Shown in pieces: positions 39,601 to 54,600 of a DNA stretch of 64,000 nucleotides (position 1 is its first letter; each line of letters opens with the position of its first letter). Below the pieces are notes generated by a model. It worked only from the letters and a program-made list of their open reading frames with translations, did not search any database and was not told where the DNA came from. Source of the DNA: an uncultured Veillonellaceae bacterium. GTDB lineage: Bacteria > Bacillota > Negativicutes > JARBTT01. The stretch spans positions 192,001 through 256,000 of the forward strand of contig CAWDTA010000003.1 in the NCBI GenBank assembly GCA_963805085.1, read 5' to 3'. The translations under genes were made by a program, and so were the position numbers.

Positions 39601-42600
39601 ATTGTAGGATCCATCGAAGAACTTGAAGAGAAATTACAGGGGTTTGTGGAAGGTAAGGATGGTATTGAAGATCTATACCAGGGACAGGTCAAACAGAATA
39701 AAGATACTGTTGCCCTGTTTGCGGCAGATGAAGATTTACAAAATGCAGTTGAGTTTTGGGTAAGCAAGGAAAAATATGAGAAACTTCTAACTTTCTGGGT
39801 TAAGGGTCTCGTTTTCGATTGGAACAAACTTTATGGCGACAACAAGCCTCAGCGTATCAGTCTGCCAACCTATCCTTTTGCTAGAGAACGTTATTGGATA
39901 CATGAGGCAGAAACGAAAGCAAGGCAAACCATATCTGCCGCTATTCATCCTTTGTTGCAGCAAAACACCTCCGACTTCTACGAACAGCGATTTAGTTCGA
40001 CATTTACAGGTCAGGAGTTTTTCCTAGCCGATCATGTTGTGAAAGGTCAACGGGTTTTGCCCGGAGTTACCTATCTTGAAATGGCTCGTGAGGCGGTGGA
40101 GCAGGCAGTAGGAGCCTTGGAAGAAAGGCAGACTGGGATACAGCTTAAAAAGGTGGTATGGGTTCGCCCCATTATTGTAGGGGAACAACCGAAGCAGGTA
40201 CACATCAGGCTGTTCCCGGAAGAAAACGGGGAAATTGTCTATGAAATCTATAGCGAGACGGAAGGAAACGATGCAGAAACTGTAATGCACAGCCAGGGCA
40301 AAGCGGTACTGATGAAGATCGGCGAGGTTCCAACCCTAGATATTCAGGCATTAATAGCCCAGTGCAGTCAAAGCACACTCTCCGTTGATCAATGCTACAA
40401 GCATATACTGTCAACAGGTCTTGATATCGGTTCACGTCTCCAGGGAATAGAGAAGCTTTATGTAGGTTCGGGGCAAGTGCTGGCCAAGCTCGTCCTGCAA
40501 CCCGACGTCTACGACACGCAATCCCAGTTTTTTTTGCATCCCAGTCTAATGGATTCAGCCTTGCAAGCTTCGGTAGGTTTTTTGTTTGGCCATTTAGATA
40601 CAGATAAACCGGTACTGCCTTTCTCTGTTGAAGAGCTTGAGATTTTTGGACGATGTACCCCTGTGATGTGGGCCTTGGTCCACCAACACGAGGAAAATGC
40701 AGCAGGGGATAAAGTACTAAAATTTGATATCGATTTATGCGACGACCGAGGGAATGTCTGCGTAAGAATGAGGAAACTTTTATTTAGAATACTGGAAGGC
40801 GAAGTGAGTTTGTCAGACACTGCGATAATCTCCGAGACACTGATGCTTGAGCCAAATTGGAAAGAAGAAGCCATCGTCCAGAAAGCCATAGTTTCTGATT
40901 TTACCCAACATCTGGTAATACTATGTGAGCTGGATGATGTGATTCGGGAAAGCATTGAAAATCGCATGAACGGAATACGCTGTCTTAGCCTTAATTCCCA
41001 ATGGATGGGCATTGAGGAACGATTTCAGATCTATACAGCAAAGGTGTTTGAAGAGATTCAAAACATTTTCAAGAGTAAGCCAGTGGGGAAGGTATTAGTC
41101 CAAATTGTCGTATGTAGCCATGAGGAGCAGCAACTTTTCTCTGGGCTTTCGGGACTTTTGAACACCGCCTGTCTGGAACATACAAAACTAATAGGACAGT
41201 TAATAGAAATAGAACTAGGTGAAAATGCAGAAAGCATCGTTGAAAAACTTAGAGAGAACAGCCAAAGTCAGAATGATAAGCAAATTCGGTATCAAGGTGG
41301 AAAGCGGTATGTTGTCGGTTGGCGCGAAATTGCAGCTACCCAGGCCGAAGCAAAAATCCCTTGGCAGGACCGGGGAATCTATTTAATTACAGGCGGCGCA
41401 GGTGGTTTAGGACTCATTTTTGCTAAAGAAATTGTGCATCAAGCTAAGGATGTGACTTTGATCCTCACGGGAAGATCTCCACTGCATGGTCTGAAAGAAG
41501 TTAAGTTGCAAGAATTGGAAGTCCTGGGTACCCGAGTTATATACAAGCAGGCTGACGTGACCCAAAGGCAAGTGGTCGCCGACTTAATTCAGAGTATCCA
41601 GAAAGAGTTCGGCAGTATCAATGGCATCATTCACGGAGCGGGAGTAATAAAAGACAACTTCATCCTAGGAAAAACTAAAGAAGAACTACAAGAGGTTTTG
41701 GCGCCTAAGGTTTCAGGATTGGTGAATCTGGATCAAGCCACCAAAGATATAAAACTCGATTTCTTCATACTCTTTTCCTCGTTGGCAGGAATCCTAGGAA
41801 ATCCGGGGCAAGCCGATTATGCAGCGGCCAACGCTTTTATGGACGCTTATGCAAGGTATCGAAATGCTCTGGTGGACGTAAAACAACGACAAGGTCAAAC
41901 CCTGTCAATTAATTGGCCGCTATGGAAAGAAGGCGGCATGTGTATTGATCTAGAAACCGAAACTATGATGCGACAAAGCATGGGGATGATCGCCATGCAG
42001 ACTTCGACTGGTATTTTGGCCTTGTATCAGGGCTTAGCCTCCGGTTTAGATCAATGTATGGTAACGGAAGGCAACCTTGCACGCATGAAGCAAAAACTGC
42101 TTTCGCCGATTCCTGTCAGTGTACAACCTGAGCCAGTTTATCAAGTGTCCGATTCCATAAAGAAAATTGATACTGACAGCCTGCTGGACAAAGTGCAAGC
42201 AACTTTAGTACAAGTAATTTCCAAGTTGGTCAAAGTGGAGAGTGGAGCTATTGATTTGGCTGCTGAGCTTAGTAATTATGGATTTGATTCGATTACCTTA
42301 ACTGAATTTGCTAATAAGCTCAACAAGGAATACAAGCTTGAACTGACCCCAGCTATATTTTTTGAACATTCAAACATCCATAGTTTTGCTGAATACTTGA
42401 TTAAAGAACATCAAGCTGTGTTTGCCACAAAATTTGCGGTTCAGAGCAGGGGTGAGATTTCTGAAAAAGTGATGAAAGACAAAGAGGAAAAAAGCCCATC
42501 TGACAAGGGGCGTCGTTCACGGTTTGAAAAAATGCTGGCATTATCCGCAGCAAAACCAAATGCAAGTACCCCTGAGCCCATTGCAATTGTAGGTATGAGT

Positions 42601-45600
42601 GGGAAATTTCCGATGGCCAGGGATATCGATGAATTTTGGCAAAACTTACGCGATGGTAAAGATTGTATCACCGAAATTCCTAGAGAGCGTTGGGATTGGC
42701 AGGAGTATTATGGTGATCCTACCAAAGAAGCGAATAAAACTAACATCAAATGGGGTGGATTTATTGATGGAATAGATGAGTTTGACCCGCTATTCTTCGG
42801 GATTTCACCCCGGGAAGCACAACTGATGGATCCGCAGCAGCGTCTGTTGATGACCTATGTCTGGAAGGCCATTGAAGATGCCGGCTATGCGGCACAAAGC
42901 CTCTCAGGAACTCAAACAGGCATTTTTGTGGGTACAGCAAGCTTGGGTTACAGCAGTTTGGTTTCCAAGGCGAATGTATCCATTGAAGGCTATACTTCGA
43001 CCGGTACAGCGCCTTCAGTAGGACCGAACCGAATGAGCTATTTACTCAATATTCATGGGCCCAGTGAACCTATTGAAACTGCTTGTTCTAGTTCATTAAT
43101 CGCGATTTATCGGGCAGTGAGCGCTATAGAGAATGGTAGCTGTGAGATGGCGATTGCTGGTGGAGTCAATACGATAGTGACACCAGAGCTTTACATCAGT
43201 TTCAACAAAGCTGGTATGCTCTGTGAAGATGGACGGTGCAAAACCTTTTCGAATCAAGCCAATGGTTATGTGCGAGGCGAAGGGGTCGGGATGATTTTGC
43301 TGAAAAAGCTAAAAGATGCGGAAGCAGCTGGGGATCATATTTATGGAATTATCCGGAGTAGTGCTGAAAACCATGGAGGTCGCGCCAATTCGCTAACAGC
43401 ACCCAATCCGAAGGCTCAGGCGGACTTATTGCAAGCTGCCTACACCAAGGCAGGAATTGATCCGAGGACCATCAGTTATATTGAAGCCCATGGAACAGGG
43501 ACTGAACTAGGTGATCCAATTGAGATCAATGGGTTAAAAATGGCTTTTCAAGAACTGTACCAGGCCACAGGAAAGACTCAGATAGTAAGCAGGCATTGCG
43601 GGGTAGGGTCAGTGAAGAGTAATATTGGGCATTTGGAACTGGCTGCGGGTATCGCGGGGGTAATAAAAGTTCTATTGCAGCTCAAACATAAGACCCTAGT
43701 TAAAAGTCTGCACTCTGATACTATTAATCCATATATTGAGCTTAACAATAGTCCCTTTTATATAGTCCAGGAAACAAAGGAATGGAAAGCATTACAAGAT
43801 CTTCAAGGTCAAGATCTTCCTCGGCGGGCTGGAGTAAGTGCGTTTGGGTTCGGGGGGGCCAATGCCCATGTTGTGATCGAAGAATATATACCTAAAGAAC
43901 AGGTACAATCTCCAATTATGGTCACTGCCGGGGATCCGGCTATTATTGTACTGTCAGCCAAGAATAAAGAACGACTCCAAGAACAGGTGCAGCAATTATT
44001 GGCTGCAATCCAGACACAGCAGTTTCCGGATAGCGATTTGACTGACATGGCTTACACTCTCCAAGTAGGGCGCGAGGCCATGGAAGAGCGCCTGGGATTA
44101 ATTGTAGGATCCATCGAAGAACTTGAAGAGAAATTACAGGGGTTTGTGGAAGGTAAGGATGGTATTGAAGATCTATACCAGGGACAGGTCAAACAGAATA
44201 AAGATACTGTTGCCCTGTTTGCGGCAGATGAAGATTTACAAAATGCAGTTGAGTTTTGGGTAAGCAAGGAAAAATATGAGAAACTTCTAACTTTCTGGGT
44301 TAAGGGTCTCGTTTTCGATTGGAACAAACTTTATGGCGGCAACAAGCCTCAGCGTATCAGTCTGCCAACCTATCCTTTTGCCAGAGAACGTTATTGGGTC
44401 CCCGAGAAAGACACCGACTCTGCCAGCAGCAGCAATATGCGAGTGCTGGAACCAGGAACGCTAGTTCTACATCCTTGCTGGAAAGAAGAAGCCGTTGCCT
44501 ATAAAGCCACAGCCCCTGACTATGTTCAGCGTGTAGTGATGTTCTGTGAGCCAAATGACATTTCTCTGAGAGTTATCGAAACCAAAATAAACGGGGTACG
44601 TTGCCTAACACTGGCATCCAAGCACAAAGGCATCGAGAAACGATTCCAAGACTATTCCATTCAAGTGTTTGAAGAAATCCAAGGTATCCTTAAAGCCAAG
44701 CTTACGGGACAGGTGTTGGTTCAGATTATCGTTGCCAATCAGGAGGAACAGCAATTGTTTACTGGCCTGTCCGGATTTTTGCAAACAGCTCAATTGGAGA
44801 ATCCAAAACTAAGCGGACAACTGATTGAGATAGAACCGGATAAAGATGAGGAAGAAATCATAGATAAACTGCAGGAAAACAGTCGGAATGCCGTGGATAA
44901 TCGTGTTCGGTATCAGGATGGCAAACGATATGTGGGTGTCTTAAGTGAACTGGAAACTTCCCGTGAAGCAGTAAGGATTCCTTGGAAAGACCGGGGTATC
45001 TACCTGATTAGCGGCGGTGCCGGTGGCTTGGGATTCATTTTTGCCAAAGAAATTGTGCAAAAAGTCAAAGATGCTACGCTGATCCTTACGGGCAGATCAC
45101 CGCTTAATGAGGATAAGGAAACCAGACTAAAGGAATTGCAAGCCTTAGGTGCTCGGATCGAATACAGGCAAGTGGATGTGACCCAAGAAAGGGCGGTTGT
45201 TAGCTTAATCCAAAGCATTCAGGTGAACTTTGGTAGTCTCCATGGCATCATCCATAGTGCGGGCGTGATAAAAGACAACTTCATCATTAAAAAAAACAGG
45301 GAAGAATTGCAAGAAGTGCTGGCTCCTAAGGTCGCCGGTCTGGTGCATTTGGATCAGGCGAGCCGGGAGTTGCCGCTCGACTTTTTCATCCTCTTTTCCT
45401 CCATAGCAGGAAGACTAGGCAACCTAGGTCAGGCCGATTACGCGGCTGCCAATGCCTTTATGGATGCCTATGCCAAGTATCGCAATACTCTGGTGGCATC
45501 AAACCAACGTCACGGTCAAACCTTGTCAATCAACTGGCCCCTTTGGCAAGAGGGCGGCATGCGCATCGACGCAGAAATCCAAAAGACGATGCGGCAAAAC

Positions 45601-48600
45601 ACGGGTATGACTGCCATGCAAACCTCAACTGGCATCTGGGCCTTTTACCAAGCTGTAGCCTCCGGTAAGGAGCAAGTAATGGTGACAAAAGGCGATCTGT
45701 CACGCAGGCAAGCACACCTGTTAGAAACTTCCCCAAAAGTTCATGAATATACAGAGGAGGCATCTACTCTCCATGTGGAACCATGGTTGCTGAGAGAAAA
45801 AACATTACATCAGCTCAAAGTACTATTTGGGGAAACTGCTAAAATGAGTGTTGTCGGGATTGATCCCGAAGAACTCCTGGAAAGCTATGGGATAGATTCA
45901 ATTATGATTACCCAGCTTAATCAAAAACTTGACGGCGTCTTTGGAGAATTGTCAAAAACTTTATTCTATGAATACCAAACTTTGAACGCGTTGGCAGAAT
46001 ATTTTACGGCAGAATATCCACAGAAATGTCTGCAGTGGACCGGACTTGGAGAGCAGGTTCAGCCAATACAGGATAAGTCAACAATATCAATGTCCGTTGG
46101 TGAATTTCCTGTACTGACATCATTGAAAAAAGACAAAACGCTAACTCGTGACTTTATGGAGAGGAATCCCGATAATGGCATTTGCGAACCGATTGCCATC
46201 ATTGGCATGAGTGGGCGCTATCCAAAAGCAAAAACATTAAAAGAGTATTGGGATATTTTAAAAACAGGCCAAGATTGTATTAGCGAAATTCCTCAAGAGC
46301 GTTGGTCAATAGAAGGATTTTATCATTCGGATTTCCAAGAAGCTGTGGCACAAGGAAAAAGCTATAGCAAATGGGGTGGCTTTGTTGAAGAATTTGCCGA
46401 TTTTGATCCGCTATTCTTCAATATTTCCCCCTTAGAAGCGATCAATATGGATCCTCAAGAACGATTGTTCATTGAAGCTTGTTGGACGGTATTAGAGGAT
46501 GCAGGATACACCAAAGAGCAACTTGGAGAACAATATGATAGGCGAGTTGGTGTTTTTGCAGGGATTACCAAAACAGGTTTTGAGTTATATGGCCCCGATT
46601 TGTGGAAACAGGGCGAACAAGTTTATCCTTGTACTTCATTTGGATCGGTTGCGAATAGAATCTCCTATCTGCTTAATTTGCAAGGTCCAAGCATGCCGAT
46701 TGATACGATGTGTTCTTCCTCGTTAACAGCCATTCATGAAGCATGTGAACATCTTTACCGTGGAGAATGTGAAATGGCGATTGCGGGTGGAGTGAATTTG
46801 TATCTGCATCCTTCAAGCTATATCAGACTTTGTAATAATCATATGTTATCTGTGGATGGAAAATGCAAAAGCTTTGGTCAAGGAGGTAACGGATTTGTAC
46901 CTGGAGAAGGAGTGGGCACTGTTTTACTGAAACGGTTATCGCAGGCGATTGCAGATGGTGATCATATTTATGCTGTAATTCGAGGGACAAGTATTAACCA
47001 CGGCGGAAAAACGAATGGATATACAGTACCTAATCCAATAGCCCAAGGGGATCTCATTCGAGCGGCGTTGGATAAAGCTGGAATTGATGCTCGGGCCGTC
47101 AGTTATATAGAAGCACATGGAACAGGGACAGCACTTGGTGATCCAATTGAAGTTGCAGGATTAAGCCAAGCATTCCAAAAGGATACCCAAGACACAGGAT
47201 TTTGTGCAATTGGTTCCGCAAAATCAAATATTGGACATTTGGAAGCAGCAGCAGGGATTGCAGGAGTTGCCAAAATCGTGCTGCAAATGAAAAATCAAGA
47301 GATTGTTCCCAGCCTGCATGCCAAAGAATTGAATCCCAATATTAATTTTGGAAAAACTCCTTTTGTAGTTCAGAGGGAACTGGCAGAATGGAAACGACCG
47401 GTGGTTGAGATTAACGGAGAAAGCAAGGAATATCCAAGAATTGCTGGTATTTCATCTTTTGGTGCTGGCGGATCAAACGCGCACATCGTGCTGGAAGAAT
47501 ACATTCCTAAAAATCAGGAACGGTGTTTAACAGCAATCATTCTACAAAACCCAGCTATTATCGTGCTGTCGGCAAAGAATGAAGAACGGCTCCAAGTGCA
47601 GGTACAGCAATTGTTGTCCGCGATTCAGGAACAGAAATTTGCGGATAGTGAATTGACCGACATGGCCTACACGCTGCAAGTAGGACGTGAAGCCATGGAA
47701 GAACGTCTGGCCATGATCGTAGGATCGGTCAAAGAATTGGCAGAAAAACTGCAGGGCTTTGTAGAAGAACGTGATGGTATAGAGAATCTATACCGGGGAC
47801 AGGTTAAACGCAATAAAAAGGCGTTAGCTGTTTTTGCAGCGGATGAAGATATGGAAAAAACGATTGAGGCTTGGGTAACCAAAGGAAAATATGTAAAACT
47901 TCTGGATCTTTGGGTCAAGGGACTTGTTTTTGATTGGAACAAGCTTTATGGCGATATTAAACCTCAACGCATCAGTCTACCTACGTATCCTTTTGCAAGG
48001 GAACGTTATTGGTTACCTGAAATTCATGCCAAATCTGCTGGTAGCCCGGTAGTAAACTCAGCCGTATTTGCCAAAATACACCCACTATTGCATCAAAATA
48101 CATCCGACCTTTCCGAACAGCGATTTACATCCACCTTTACTGGTCAGGAGTTTTTCCTGGCGGATCATGTAGTGAAGGGGCAAAGGATCTTACCTGGGGT
48201 GGCCTATCTTGAAATGGCTCGGGCCGCAGTGGAACAGGCAACGGGAGCTTTAGAAGAAGATCAGACAGGGATACAGCTCAAAAATGTAGTATGGGTTCGA
48301 CCAATCGCAGTAGGGGAAAAGCCGTCTAAGGTACACATCGGACTTTTCCCTGAAGATAGCGGAGAGATTGCCTTTGAAATATATAGCGATTCAGAAGAGG
48401 CTGGCGCCGAGCCCGTAGTGCACAGCCAGGGCAATGCCAAGCTGATTTCTGTGCTAAAAGCACCGGTTTTGGATCTGCCGGACTTACAAGCTCAGTGCAG
48501 CCAAAGCAATCTATCATCCAGTCAATACTACGAGGCATTTAAGGTGATGGGGATCGACTATGGACCGGCACACCAAGGAATTGAAATGGTATATGTAGGA

Positions 48601-51600
48601 CAGGAACAGGTACTGGCTAAGCTGACTTTACCTGCGACTGTCTCCGATACGAAAGACCAATTCATTCTGCATCCAAGTCTGATGGATGCGGCTTTACAGG
48701 CATCTTTAATGATAAGTGCCAGTGACGTTAAACTAGCCCTGCCATTTGCATTGCAAGAACTTAAAATTTTCGAGAAATGCACTTCCAGCATGTGGGCGCT
48801 AGTTCGCTACAATGAAGGCAGCAAAGCTAAAGACAAGTTGAAGAAAATGGATATTGATCTATGTGACGAGCAAGGGCGTGTTTGTGTACGGATGAAAGGC
48901 CTTTCATCACGGGTGTTGGAAGGAGAAGTGGACTCAATAGCAGATACGGAAGCGATTGGAACGCTGATGCTTCAACCTAGTTGGCAAGAACAACCCGTTG
49001 ATTCGGAAGCAACAATGCCTGAGTATGACCGACATCTAGTGATGTTATGTGAACCACATGACATTTCTCAAGAAGACATCGAAAATCAAATAAATGGAGT
49101 ACGTTGCCTCAACATGCAAGCAGAACAGGAAGGCATAGAATCACGATTTAACAACTATGCCGTTCAAGCCTTTGAGCAAATTAAAAATATTCTTAAAGAA
49201 AAGCATATGGGCAAAGTGTTGGTTCAAATTATCGTTACCAATCAAGGAGAACAACAACTTTTCGCTGGACTTTCAGGACTATTGAAAACAGCCCAACTAG
49301 AAAATCCGAAACTCATAGGACAATTAATTGAAATGGAATCAGGGAAAAAGATAGAAGAAATCATAGAAAAACTGAAGGAGAACAGCAGAAGACCAATTGA
49401 CAATCATATTAGCTACCAGGAAAATAAACGCTACGTTGCCAGTTGGAACAAAGTGGATGTTTCCAAAGAAACAGTAAAGATCCCCTGGAAAGACCAAGGG
49501 GTCTATTTAATTACTGGCGGTGCTGGCGGACTGGGACTTATATTTGCCAAAGAGATTGCGCATAAAGTCAAAGATGCGACGCTGATCCTTACAGGTCGAA
49601 CTTCACTTAAAAAAGACAAGCAAGTTAAACTTAAGGAATTGGAAGAGTTGGGCGCCAAAATCGTATACAAGCAAGTAGATATGACGCAAAAAGAAGCGGT
49701 TGTTGATTTAATTGAAAGTATCAGGAAGGACTTTAAAAATCTTAACGGCATCATCCATAGTGCAGGAGTGATTAAAGACAACTTTATTCTTAAAAAGACT
49801 AAGGAAGAACTGCAAGCAGTTTTAGCTCCTAAAGTCACTGGTTTGGTGCATTTGGATCAGGCGAGCAAGGAGTTGACACTCGACTTTTTCATCCTCTTTT
49901 CCTCCATAGCAGGAAGACTAGGCAACCCAGGTCAGGCCGATTACGCGGCTGCCAATGCCTTTGTGGATGGCTATGCCAAGTATCGCAATACTTTGGTGGC
50001 ATCAAAACAATGCCACGGTCAAACCTTGTCGATCAACTGGCCGTTGTGGCAAGAGGGGGGGATGCACGTTGATGCGGAAACTGAAAAGATGATGAGGCAA
50101 AGTACAGGGATGATTGCCATGCAGACATCAACTGGTATCAGAACTTTGTATCAAAGCATAGCCTTTGGGAAAGATCAGGTGATGGTGATGGAAGGGGAAC
50201 TCAAACGGCTTCAGACAGCATTTTTGAAACGACAGACCGGAACAAAAATCCAAAAAACACCTTATACTATAGAAGAAAATAAGGCAGTAACGGGCATTGA
50301 ACAAGACTTGTTCAAGGAAAAAGCTGCAAATTACTTCAAAAATTTGCTGACTTCACTTATCAGGCTACCAGCGCACCGCATTGAAACAGATGCTCCTCTG
50401 GAACAATACGGGATCGATTCGATTATGGTCATGCAAATGACCAATCAATTAGAAAAAGTATTTGGTTCATTACCAAAAACATTATTTTTTGAATACCAAA
50501 ACATTAAAGAGTTAACCGGATATTTCTTGGAAAACTATCGTGATCAGCTAACAGAAATATTAGAAATTGATGATAAAGCAGTGGTGCATGTTAATGATTT
50601 ACAATGCTCTACAGTTGAGACAACGATGGGAAAACCGGTATCCAGCACTCGCCGCCGCCCGCGTTTTGTATCGCTTCGTATGGAAAACAGGGAAGAAAAA
50701 GAGGCCTTGGACATTGCCATCATTGGTGTATCCGGGCGCTATCCTCAGGCGGGTAGTATTCAGGAATTTTGGCATAATCTAAGGGACGGCAAGGATTGTA
50801 TTACCGAAATACCTAAAGAACGCTGGGACCACAGTTTGTACTTCGATGAAGATAAAAATACGCCTGGAAAAACCTACAGTAAGTGGGGGGGGTTTTTAAA
50901 CGGTGTGGATCAATTCGATCCGCTATTTTTCAATATTTCACCGCGCGAAGCACAAATTATGGATCCTCAGGAGCGTTTGTTTCTGGAGTGTGTCTATGAA
51001 ACCTTAGAGGACGCGGGATATACCCGAAAAGCCCTTGGCTTACATCAGGATTTTGGTCTGGGAGGTAATGTGGGGGTCTATGTAGGGGTGATGTACGAAG
51101 AGTACCAACTCTACGGTGTTCAGGAACAGATTCAGGGTAGGCCGTTTGCTGTCCCCGCAAACCCAGCGTCCATAGCCAACCGGGTGTCATATTTTTGCAA
51201 CTTCCATGGACCCAGTATGGCGGTGGACACCATGTGTTCTTCCTCGTTGACGGCAATCCATTTGGCCTGTCAGAGCTTGCAACGCGGCGGATGCGAGGTG
51301 GCGATTGCGGGCGGCGTCAATGTCTCTGTGCACCCAAACAAATATCTGCTGCTTAGTCAGGGAAAGTTTGCATCAAGCAAGGGGCAGTGTGAAAGCTTTG
51401 GGCAGGGAGGCGACGGCTATGTACCGGGAGAAGGCGTAGGAGCAGTGTTACTTAAAACTCTATCTAAAGCCGTTGCCGACGGAGACCACATTTATGGCAT
51501 TATCAAAGGGACCGCCATAAATCATGGGGGGAAAACCAATGGCTACACAGTTCCCAATCCTAATGCCCAAGCCAGTGTCATTGGACGATCATTTAAAAAT

Positions 51601-54600
51601 GCAGGGATTGATCCTAGGACGATCAGCTATATTGAGGCGCATGGCACCGGAACTTCCTTAGGGGATCCGATTGAAATCGCGGGTTTGACGAAAACTTTTC
51701 AGGAATATACCCAAGATAAACAGTTTTGCGCCATCGGATCGGTTAAGTCAAACATCGGGCATTGTGAGAGTGCGGCAGGCATTGCCGGGTTAACGAAAAT
51801 ATTATTGCAACTCAAATATCGCCAATTAGTACCTTCGTTGCATTCTGAGATACTGAACCCCAACATTGATTTTGCTAATACTCCTTTTGTGGTTCAGCAA
51901 GAACTTACGGAATGGAAACGGCCGGTGATAGAAAAAGGTGGAGAATCCAAAGAATATCCGCGAATTGCCGGCATCTCGGCGTTTGGGGCGGGAGGAGCAA
52001 ATGCCCACATAGTGATCGAAGAATATATATCCAAAGACCTAGCACGACCTCCAATTACGATTAACGCGGGGAAACAGGCAATTATTTTGTCGGCAAAGAA
52101 TGAAGAACAACTCCGCGAGCAGGTGCAGCAAATGTTGACCGCGATTGGAGAACAGCAATTCACAGATAGCGAGTTAGTCGACATGGCTTACACACTCCAG
52201 GTGGGCCGGGAAGCCATGGAAGAGCGGCTGGCGATATTCGTTGGATCCATCAAGGAGCTTGAAGAAAAGCTGAAAAGTTATGTCGATGGCCAGGTAAGTA
52301 TAGGAAATCTGTACCGGGGACAAGTGAAGCGCAATAAAGCAACTATGGATTTTTTTGCTATGGATGAAGACATGACAAAAATCATTGATACCTGGATTAT
52401 CAAAGGAAAGTATGAAAAAATTCTTGAGCTTTGGGTCAGGGGTCTCGTTATTGATTGGAACCGTCTGTATGTCGATAGCAAGCCTCGACGCATCAGCATG
52501 CCTACCTATCCTTTTGCCAAAGAACGTTATTGGTTATTTGATGGGCAAAATGAGGCGGGTAGTATAGCAAGTCAGGCCACTCTTTCCTCTAGGTCTGAAG
52601 ATACTTCTGTACGGCGGGTAATGTGTTATTTACAAAAACAATGGGAGCTTTGCTTCGCAACTTCAACTCCAATATTGAATCGGACTATTGCAATATTAAC
52701 AACGCAAGAAACTATGGAATTGGCGATACAGGTCGCTCAGCATTTCCCCAAGAGCCAAATATTAGATCTCCATGATCTTGAATCACAACTTCAGCAATCG
52801 GAAAAACACTGGAAAGAGTATGGTGGCTGTGTGGATTTGATTGGTTGTGGAAAGGAAAAAAACGAATTGCCGAATTGGATGGCATGGCTTCAACAAATGA
52901 TTGAGTATGGCCATCGAGAGGGGTTGATGATGCTCTGTGTGACAAAAGGACTGGAATCTTATCAGAATATTGCTGTCAATTTATCCGGGGCTTCTCGGGC
53001 AGGATTGTATCGAATGCTGCAAAGTGAATATGGGCATCTGCGTTCACGACATATGGATGCGGATCCGTCCACTGGTGAGCAGGTGTTGGCTCAGCAAATT
53101 GTTTCCGAGTTTTTTATGGAAAGTGAGGACTCAGAAATTTGCTATCGGGATGAAAAGCGTTATCGATCTTATCTGGGAGAAACTGAAAAAGGTGATGATA
53201 GTGGTGAGACTTTAGTATTTCCAGATGGACATGTGTTATGGATTACTGGTGGAACACGAGGTATAGGATACTTATGCGCTCAGCATTTTGTAACAAATCA
53301 CGGTGTCAGACGCTTGGTGCTTACGGGACGGGAGACAATACCGCCTCGGGAAGAATGGGATGCTTATAAGCATCAAAATACCTCCATCGCCAAAAAAATT
53401 CAGGCCATACGGTCCTTAGAAGCCAAGGGAGCAGAAGTTGAGGTGTTGTCTGTTTCATTAACGGATGAGCATGCTGTACAAAAGAGCCTGCAAGAGATTA
53501 AAAGTACTATGGGACCCATTGGAGGAATCATTCATTGTGCGGGAACCGATGATATGAAAAATCCCGCATTTATTCGGAAATCTGTCAGAGAAATTCTAAA
53601 GGTATTGGATCCCAAGATTGCTGGACTCGATATACTATATCAAAGCTTTGACAAGGAGCCTTTGCAGTTCTTTGTCTTGTTTTCATCGGTATCGGCGATT
53701 ATTCCCGCTTTAGCTGCAGGACAAAGTGATTATGCCATGGCCAACGCCTATATGGATTATGTTGCCGAAACGAAAATTCATGCCTATCCAATCGTCAGCA
53801 TTCAGTGGCCTAGTTGGAAAGAGACAGGCATGGGCGAAGTCAAAAGCAGAGTCTATCAACAAACTGGTTTGCTGAATCTTACGAATGAAGAAGGCTTACA
53901 GCTATTGGATCAGATTATATCTAGGAAGATAGGTCCCGTAGTGCTGCCGGCAATGGTCGATCCAGAGTTGTGGAAGCCTTATCAACTAATGCAACGCAGA
54001 AAACAAGAAAGTTTTGCAGCGAATATTCAGCCTCGTGACTCTATCGCTACGGAATCGTTAAAGGCCTCCGATGTCCTTTTGACGGTAACTCAAAGCTGGT
54101 TAATTGATTTGTTTTCTCAAGAATTAAAGATGGATCCATCAAAGTTGGAGATAGATACACCGTTTCAAGATTATGGTGTAGATTCAATCTTATTGACCCA
54201 AATATGGCGATCCATTAAAGAATTGCTGACAAACGAACTAGATCCCTCAATTCTATTTGAATATTCAACCATTGAGTCTCTGGCAGCATGGCTTGTGAGT
54301 AATCACGCTTCTTCTTTATCCAAAATCTTGAATACCATGAGTTCGGAACAATATGGCCCTCCGACTCATCAAGATTCATCGCCTCCCGCACCCTCAATCA
54401 CATCAGACTCTTCAAAGAGCCAGAAATTGCAAAGGGGATCTCGCATTTATAGGAATTCCAAGCCATTGGATATTGCAGTGATTGGACTTTCTTGCCGTTT
54501 TCCGGGAGCAAATACTTTAGAGGAGTACTGGCAGTTATTATTGGAAGGGCGCTCGGCGATTCGTTCCGTGCCCCGGGAGCGCTGGGGCTACTTAAGTAAT

